Part shown: positions 60,401 through 64,000 of the stretch, piece after piece | Position numbering within the stretch: the first letter of the stretch is position 1 | Layout: the number at the start of each line of letters is the position of its first letter | IMG/VR virus record: IMGVR_UViG_3300030098_004409 | Coordinates: 32,001-96,000 of that record | Strand: one strand, 5' to 3' | DNA length: 64,000 bases | Origin: a virus | Translations under genes and position numbers: made by a program | Notes under the pieces: generated by a model | What the model saw: only the letters and a program-made list of their open reading frames with translations | What the model was told of the DNA's origin: nothing | Database searches by the model: none

Positions 60401-63400
60401 CAAGACCACTCAGATCTATACCTTGATCCCTGAAAAATTCATCAACTTTAAGTTCAGATGCAGTCTCGCTTAGACTACCACCAAATTCCCTTAAGCCTTC
60501 TTCTGTTAGAACTTTTCTAATCCTTTCAGTCTCTTTCATTTGTTCGAGCAGTTTTTGAGTCTCTCCTTCTATACCAAATTGCTCAGCCGTCTGCATGGCT
60601 GCCTGCTCTGCCTCTGGAGTGATAGTTCCACTGGTTAGTGTCCCTATCAGTTTATCATTTTGGGTTCTGTATTGTTTTACGCTTCCTGTGAGAGCGCCAA
60701 ATTCCATCATTACACTATCCATAGTGCCGCTGAAGTTTAGTAGCTCTACAGCAAATACGTCTATCGCTGCGGCAGCCTGAGCAGAAGCTCTAGCCATAGC
60801 TATGTCTGCTCGTAGCTTTTGTTCAGCAGTTTCCCTAGCTTTTTGCTCGGCTTCAAGTCTTTCTTTGTCGGCTTTCTTTTGGGCCTCCATTGCCTTTTCT
60901 GCGTTTGAATTTGCCTCCTGCTGTATTAAAGTCGATTCTAGAGTAGCTATCTGCCTTCTCTGCTCGACAGTCATATTCTCTTCTAATACGCCTACAAGCC
61001 CTAACCTTGCTTTGGCCTCTTGTTTCATTTGACCAGTCATTAACATCTGTACGCTAAATGCTTGCCTAATAGCGTTTCCAAGGTTCTGATAACCTTTCTG
61101 TACATCCTTATTGGCCAAGACCTCTTCAATACTCTTGCCGCTTTTGGATAGCTCGTCAATAGTGCCTCTAATACCACTCCTGAGTTTCTCGGCCTGCTCA
61201 AATAAAGTCTGTGCCATCTCTTTCATGGCGTCAACACCTTTTTCTCTTATTTCAGTGAAAATTTCTGAAGCATCCATATCTGCTCGCACATCCGAGGTAG
61301 CCCCTGATTCAAGCATCATGAACGCTTGCATGGCGCCGGCTGCTCCGGTAGCTTTAGTTGAAAATTCTTCAAATGCAGTGTTCTGTCTTTTTAGCAGCTC
61401 TATACCGTCTAACTGTTCAAGCTCCATCATCTTCTGAGCATTTGATAGGTTCCCCACGGCTGCAGCTGATTCATACAAAGCGGTCGCAAGGAGCGTCCCT
61501 CCATTGAGTATTCCTTCTTCGGCAGTAGCAAAAGACTCTCCAATCTTATAGCCCGCCGCCGCTACTGCAACCGCTGCTACAGTTCCCGCCGCCGCCAGAC
61601 CTACAAGCGCAGGTATAGCTAAACTCAAACCTCCAGTAAACGGAACAAGTACTACGGCAAGAGCTGTAACGGCTGCACCGATGGCGGCGCCCCACAGTCC
61701 TCCGGACGCAGCTGCTTCAGCTTGTAAAGCGCTTCTTACCCTCTGTTGACTTTGCGCTAAATTCTCGGCTGCCGCACCTCCTTCTTTGAGAGAGCTAATC
61801 GTATCGTGAAATCCTTTGGCCATATCTTCTGCCGCAGCTTTGGCATTCATAAACATAAGAACAGCGACAGTTATTCCTATGGTAAGTATAGCCGCAGCAC
61901 CCCCAACCCTAAGCATTGCAGCAGTAGCTAGATTGGAAGCTTGAGTCTCATAGTGTTTAGCTGCAGTATTAAGGCCGGATGCCTTCATTTCCTGAGCCTT
62001 AGCAAGTGCGTTTTGATAAGTTGTATTCTTTTCTAAAAGTTTAGCGACAACGCTTTCAGTCGCTGACGCGGCAACCATACCAAACATCGTGACAAGCATA
62101 GTACCTGTCATAATCATTTCATTTAATTGGTCATCGAACAAACCTAATTGCTGCGTCACCATCGGAAGCATCATTCCCAACATCATCATGTTGTTCATAG
62201 CCGCCATGCCTCCTCCGCCACCTCCTCCGGCGGCGACTGCTACTCCACCACCACCTCTTGGTGCTCCTGTTGTTGAGGCTGCTGCTCCGGCTTTGTTTAT
62301 ATTGGCAATAGCTGCAGTTATAGCAGCTTCCAATTTTTCAAAGAATTGATCTGTATCGGCAGAAGCCATGCTAACCTGAGTGACAGATATCGCGCCACTA
62401 TTTAGACCTTTAGTCATATCCAAGATGGCGTCATTAAGGCCACTGAGTAGATAATAAGTTCCACCTAGTCGATTAGCAATATTTAGCATTTGTTTTGATA
62501 CGGTAGCTACGGGCGCAGCGAGCTTAGCAAACATATTACCCGCTCCGCCAATACCTGTAATAGCATTTGTCATGCCCTTAACAACATTTGTGGCTCCCGC
62601 CATTAGAGCGTTGGCGACGTTGATACTTACTTCAGCAAGAAGTTGACCAGACGCGTTTAGAGCATTACCCATAAGTATTGCTCCTGAACTCATTGGGTTC
62701 AGATCATCTAATCGAGCAATGACCGAGCCACCAAACGTATTAAGGTCAGTTGCTACGGCCTCAATGGGGGTTACTAGCGTGTCAAAAAGCGCAACTTTTT
62801 CTATCAGTTCTTTTCCAAAAGTATTTAGATGCTTTTCTACCTCTTTCATTGCTCTCTCTACGGCTTTACCGGGACCTGAGAATTGCGCTTTGAGAGTCTT
62901 ATCTATAGTTGTAAGGCCTTTAGCAAAATCGGCCATAGAGGTTTTGACTACTGATACAGTAGAATCAATCTGTGCTTTGAAAGTGTCATCTATTGTTGAC
63001 ATCCCGGCAGCAAAGTTTTGCACACCTTCAGAAACTACTGTCCCCGCATTAGCTATAGAACCAGCTAGAGGTTGTATAGCTCCGATTAGTTTCTCGTCTA
63101 TTGATTGCAGAACATTGATATCGTCAACGGCAGTAGATATAGTATTAGCAAGAGCATTAGCTGCGCCGTTTATCTTTTCGTCTATTCCTTGAAGGGCTGC
63201 GAAGTCATCGACAACTTGAGTTAGAGACTGGCCAATCGTATCTAATTTATATGATAGGGTTGTGGCGGATTTGGCTAGTGCCTCCATAGAGGTATTAACA
63301 CCTGTGCCAATATTCATTCCCCCGCCAGCAGGAACTCCAGTGCCACTAGTTCCATTGGCGAAGAACTGGACTGGGCCACCTTTATTAAAATTGGCAACTC

Positions 63401-63998
63401 CTTGCTTGTTCATTCTATTTAGGTTGCCATAGCCTATCTGCTGAGCAGACTTTTTATTTATTACATACTCACCGGGAGTTAGCATTGCGGGTACAGTATC
63501 TACTTGACCGCCGGAGTTATACGCTCCTATTCTTCCGCCAAAGAACTTGCCTACTTGTGACAAACCTCTCGATAACGCAGCTTGAGTTGCAGACTGTTGT
63601 GCTGGACTATCGGGAGTTCCTTGTGTCCTTCTTATTTTGAGTCCAAAATTTGCCGCCGATTTATTTGATTCGCCTATGAGGGTATTTAGTATTTTTGTGG
63701 TCATAGATCCATCTTTGCCACTTATCTGATCTGTACCAAAAGTCTTTTTAAGCTCCAAAGCCTCTATGTTCTTCATTGACTTTGCATCAAAAAGTTTTTC
63801 AAGTTGTTTCTGATGGGTCTTGGGGTTGGGCATATCCCAGCCGCCTCTAGCTTCTGCTAGCGGAGCGCCTGACAGCATAGAGGTTACAGCCTCAAACATC
63901 AAACCAGAAATTGTATTTAGGTCTATAGACGCGAGAGCAGAATCCGCAGCTTTTGTCTCATCAAAAGTTAAATGCGGAGGAACATCAAACGAAAGCTC
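54405..63998 (-). CDS. Tail tape-measure-like protein (more than 3,190 aa; start lies beyond the window)
   Basis: Long Ala-rich helical/coiled-coil regions, hydrophobic Gly/Ala segments and the TMP-type DTVPAMLTPGEFV motif. The frame has no stop up to the window edge. Confidence 0.8.
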   Translation of the reverse strand, partial: ELSFDVPPHLTFDETKAADSALASIDLNTISGLMFEAVTSMLSGAPLAEARGGWDMPNPKTHQKQLEKLFDAKSMKNIEALELKKTFGTDQISGKDGSMTTKILNTLIGESNKSAANFGLKIRRTQGTPDSPAQQSATQAALSRGLSQVGKFFGGRIGAYNSGGQVDTVPAMLTPGEYVINKKSAQQIGYGNLNRMNKQGVANFNKGGPVQFFANGTSGTGVPAGGGMNIGTGVNTSMEALAKSATTLSYKLDTIGQSLTQVVDDFAALQGIDEKINGAANALANTISTAVDDINVLQSIDEKLIGAIQPLAGSIANAGTVVSEGVQNFAAGMSTIDDTFKAQIDSTVSVVKTSMADFAKGLTTIDKTLKAQFSGPGKAVERAMKEVEKHLNTFGKELIEKVALFDTLVTPIEAVATDLNTFGGSVIARLDDLNPMSSGAILMGNALNASGQLLAEVSINVANALMAGATNVVKGMTNAITGIGGAGNMFAKLAAPVATVSKQMLNIANRLGGTYYLLSGLNDAILDMTKGLNSGAISVTQVSMASADTDQFFEKLEAAITAAIANINKAGAAASTTGAPRGGGGVAVAAGGGGGGGMAAMNNMMMLGMMLPMVTQQLGLFDDQLNEMIMTGTMLVTMFGMVAASATESVVAKLLEKNTTYQNALAKAQEMKASGLNTAAKHYETQASNLATAAMLRVGGAAAILTIGITVAVLMFMNAKAAAEDMAKGFHDTISSLKEGGAAAENLAQSQQRVRSALQAEAAASGGLWGAAIGAAVTALAVVLVPFTGGLSLAIPALVGLAAAGTVAAVAVAAAGYKIGESFATAEEGILNGGTLLATALYESAAAVGNLSNAQKMMELEQLDGIELLKRQNTAFEEFSTKATGAAGAMQAFMMLESGATSDVRADMDASEIFTEIREKGVDAMKEMAQTLFEQAEKLRSGIRGTIDELSKSGKSIEEVLANKDVQKGYQNLGNAIRQAFSVQMLMTGQMKQEAKARLGLVGVLEENMTVEQRRQIATLESTLIQQEANSNAEKAMEAQKKADKERLEAEQKARETAEQKLRADIAMARASAQAAAAIDVFAVELLNFSGTMDSVMMEFGALTGSVKQYRTQNDKLIGTLTSGTITPEAEQAAMQTAEQFGIEGETQKLLEQMKETERIRKVLTEEGLREFGGSLSETASELKVDEFFRDQGIDLSGLDADIRNEILAMFEDGLTPDEIQEITSILNEANEEQIKVLQDLAKAQNAYLGALFKFGDAVIKAENSVAKAFTKMVDVQIKGAERLAKAQGRQLTVGEVGAAAEQRRNAPLAGAGLVGGGVEAINIQLERKRQRQQEVAAQIKIKADRGQAEEVIKLQNEQKKLNNETKLLKEGLADLANQAELAAAVMGEIEKERGNRETIQGLIKEFTFASNESRLEMDKTFVALQRVLATGNLNAIPDQMRGAVGGLLDRLKDIELRPGMTGGDISKRLQAQMANALAIRARGFGLNPQELKKIFESTTKEDKLINDLRAINAEEQAAATALQQAEFQQMQDLIAAIGDLVATLEDAQIAAGDAGGDAAGGGRPPQRRAQGGIIYAAEGQSISNTAFKAKGTDTVPAMLTPGEFVVNKKATSQNMGLLKSINSGKTTYLAKGGVVTSPNNSGAVDKLSKSFSDDGIALKEALKENHKSLLNAGSSIKVEDAGDWLPGEMGGGGMAGYIKYDTGSQLGEKFPAWNNYRPGSIVKSPFSISKDGALQRKGWDVDKWKYHLQAVYDYYNVHDLLKNPPNNKNGYAGAVNSVKWMTTFPGVSSVKDPKHLTDLVNYIRFFYDSSYKGKSAIGAPEKGALIYDYAQGEGLTTDLAWIFANQDPGTDVALFDTKFANALRAIVKRQADIDEFNLGEIPNKSEFFANIPAMKTGIMNLEKMTTTGAIWPPGTIINGQPFYTPQSAYNMLYPDMNNAYGFYKSPTQQSFNFVDEIDTMWKEADALWYGPMLSSAKGLVNVKEMTKNFKKAASGLMDRSYGNWGKYVKSNMYDNKAFADNITEFFKDPKFFPLKLDGTVEKMADLITNSSWSKWSVGPGVTSRDAIDKTLKYPYSSLKSEWRVGPVGDLVEKINESFFGALGYIPWKGSSVLGKDFSRDLIAKNASGQKIVNDTKGQFVALANALRGGDAEAVANLLDAIEINVFGRGNAKFKLGGDNLGAIKNEAEQAAADEAAGDAAQEAGVVAALRRNFKIGYGTPEQKASTLFRVLGESPEPPLIGIARIPQDHQLFGKEGVFDPRIEDNRTVRWLSDVKRNAEHFDGLFPYFAALGQTVLGMGASGHVTAANADGSLSFSQMSLKGKLLKPGAGIPAGGAAGLLTMNAKALAQMKEWTTDHYPTWENIGERFDEFMLGLFFGFKPIDDHLTRMQNSARDAIIDADIANPSRPWSDWFSKELGQIPQWLKVGLPPQNAAGANQPFALPDMGFGVAPKPQMKAKGGPIGGVDWSPKGTDTVPAMLTPGEFVMQKSAVDKYGLGFMASINGGGLGNTGPYFSTGGRAVSQFGPARDMRLDKILNTVKLNSADIKGVEKSLTHITDNTSNIQANTANNELLADQSTVKAILQQAQANSVVIQDNNDDIGNMASSMLTSGEAASLEADLEVMTPIGNQLVGDMQALSIALVAAQGVLNQIIGWINNAWVQHQGVTFGLAQRFDIRMDALMNSLNANGVLGGGFKFATGGSVPGAGNKDTVPAMLTPGEFVMKKSAVGKYGKSFMSAINSGAVPQMFAEGGPVIDPMFWTTNDMEKEDPAIAAKWIGQFSKGNTPLFGADIVKSYMMNINEHGRGVWNRLPFASGFDPNHGTYKYTGVGNNENGLYAKDASRSDGYFYAFSLTRDSDVKNLDFGGYFAGLPRFGMSGPFLFTDVVANPGGAIGAPGAIPVAGSDTMSLANATGPMFAALWSRYAQQRKLPGFDGAVRRAGMALGELGSFTFSGGLAQQAAAFLVDRIKSGAWNPVEQMGAFVRERVAAGWKTGYPNEVLKMIQDTYATGALPNDFGSFGASYFAKGGMAKGTDTVPAMLTPGEFVMSKSAVDKYGVGFMRSINKGHKGAPGMKHGGGVQYLTNGDLASGSGGLDFSALSNSINTLSSSIATAFDGFTAAFNGFSALSELLSSTIAQMSNISINHNITVNGQLSIPGFSQEAINSIVNTIADQVAQQSTGKLKQMFQNFRDRQDRRT
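54744..63521 (-). repeat. Five dispersed 55-65 aa modules, ..GG..DTVPAMLTPGE(F/Y)V..K.A....(I/M)N..GG
   Basis: Modules at about 63351-63521, 59097-59294, 56442-56633, 55743-55910 and 54744-54932. The 13-aa cores lie at 63462-63500, 59181-59219, 56541-56579, 55833-55871 and 54861-54899. Confidence 0.9.
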
Positions 63999-64000
63999 TT

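Noticed and set aside
58149-63192. Antisense ORFs of 100-157 aa opposite the TMP, and similar ones opposite other large genes
   Set aside because: Shadow ORFs with the composition expected from the reverse complement of coding sequence; no RBS or motifs noted.
63351-63375. VQFFA as a Prp protease (LQFF/A) cleavage site
   Set aside because: A single partial match lacking the upstream KLNL context, with no evidence for a Firmicutes host.
54744-63521. TMP repeats as CRISPR repeats or a diversity-generating retroelement TR/VR pair
   Set aside because: The copies are in frame, hundreds to thousands of bases apart and differ mostly at synonymous positions rather than adenine-specifically; no reverse transcriptase is in the window.
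1-64000. Stop-codon reassignment, tRNA or rRNA genes
   Set aside because: TAA, TAG and TGA all end well-formed genes, coding density is near complete under the standard code, and the few intergenic gaps show no cloverleaf.

Overview
A 64 kb segment of a large tailed dsDNA bacteriophage (Caudoviricetes; host not identifiable from the sequence), using the standard genetic code with dense, translationally coupled genes. Two arms converge on a pair of intrinsic terminators at about 31.35-31.43 kb. The plus arm (1-31.3 kb) begins with a replication module: DnaB, DnaG, dNMP kinase, a Cas4/AddB-like nuclease, a DNA polymerase III alpha split into two genes without an intein and with four genes between the halves, SSB and a sigma-70-family factor. 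It continues into a 19 kb, 23-gene island of apparently soluble glycan synthesis and tailoring enzymes. The minus arm (31.4-64 kb) holds very large tail/virion genes and ends in a tape-measure-like protein of more than 3,190 aa that runs off the window. Most striking: (1) the tape-measure protein carries five copies of a Gly-Gly-bounded DTVPAMLTPGE(F/Y)V module separating helical and globular segments, one with a PD-(D/E)xK nuclease-like signature, suggesting a processed, injected polyprotein; (2) the glycan island co-occurs with Ser-Gly repeat tracts in a giant virion protein, suggesting virion glycosylation; (3) CCWGG appears to be avoided throughout; (4) the DnaE split. All family calls come from motif recognition by eye, not database searches.
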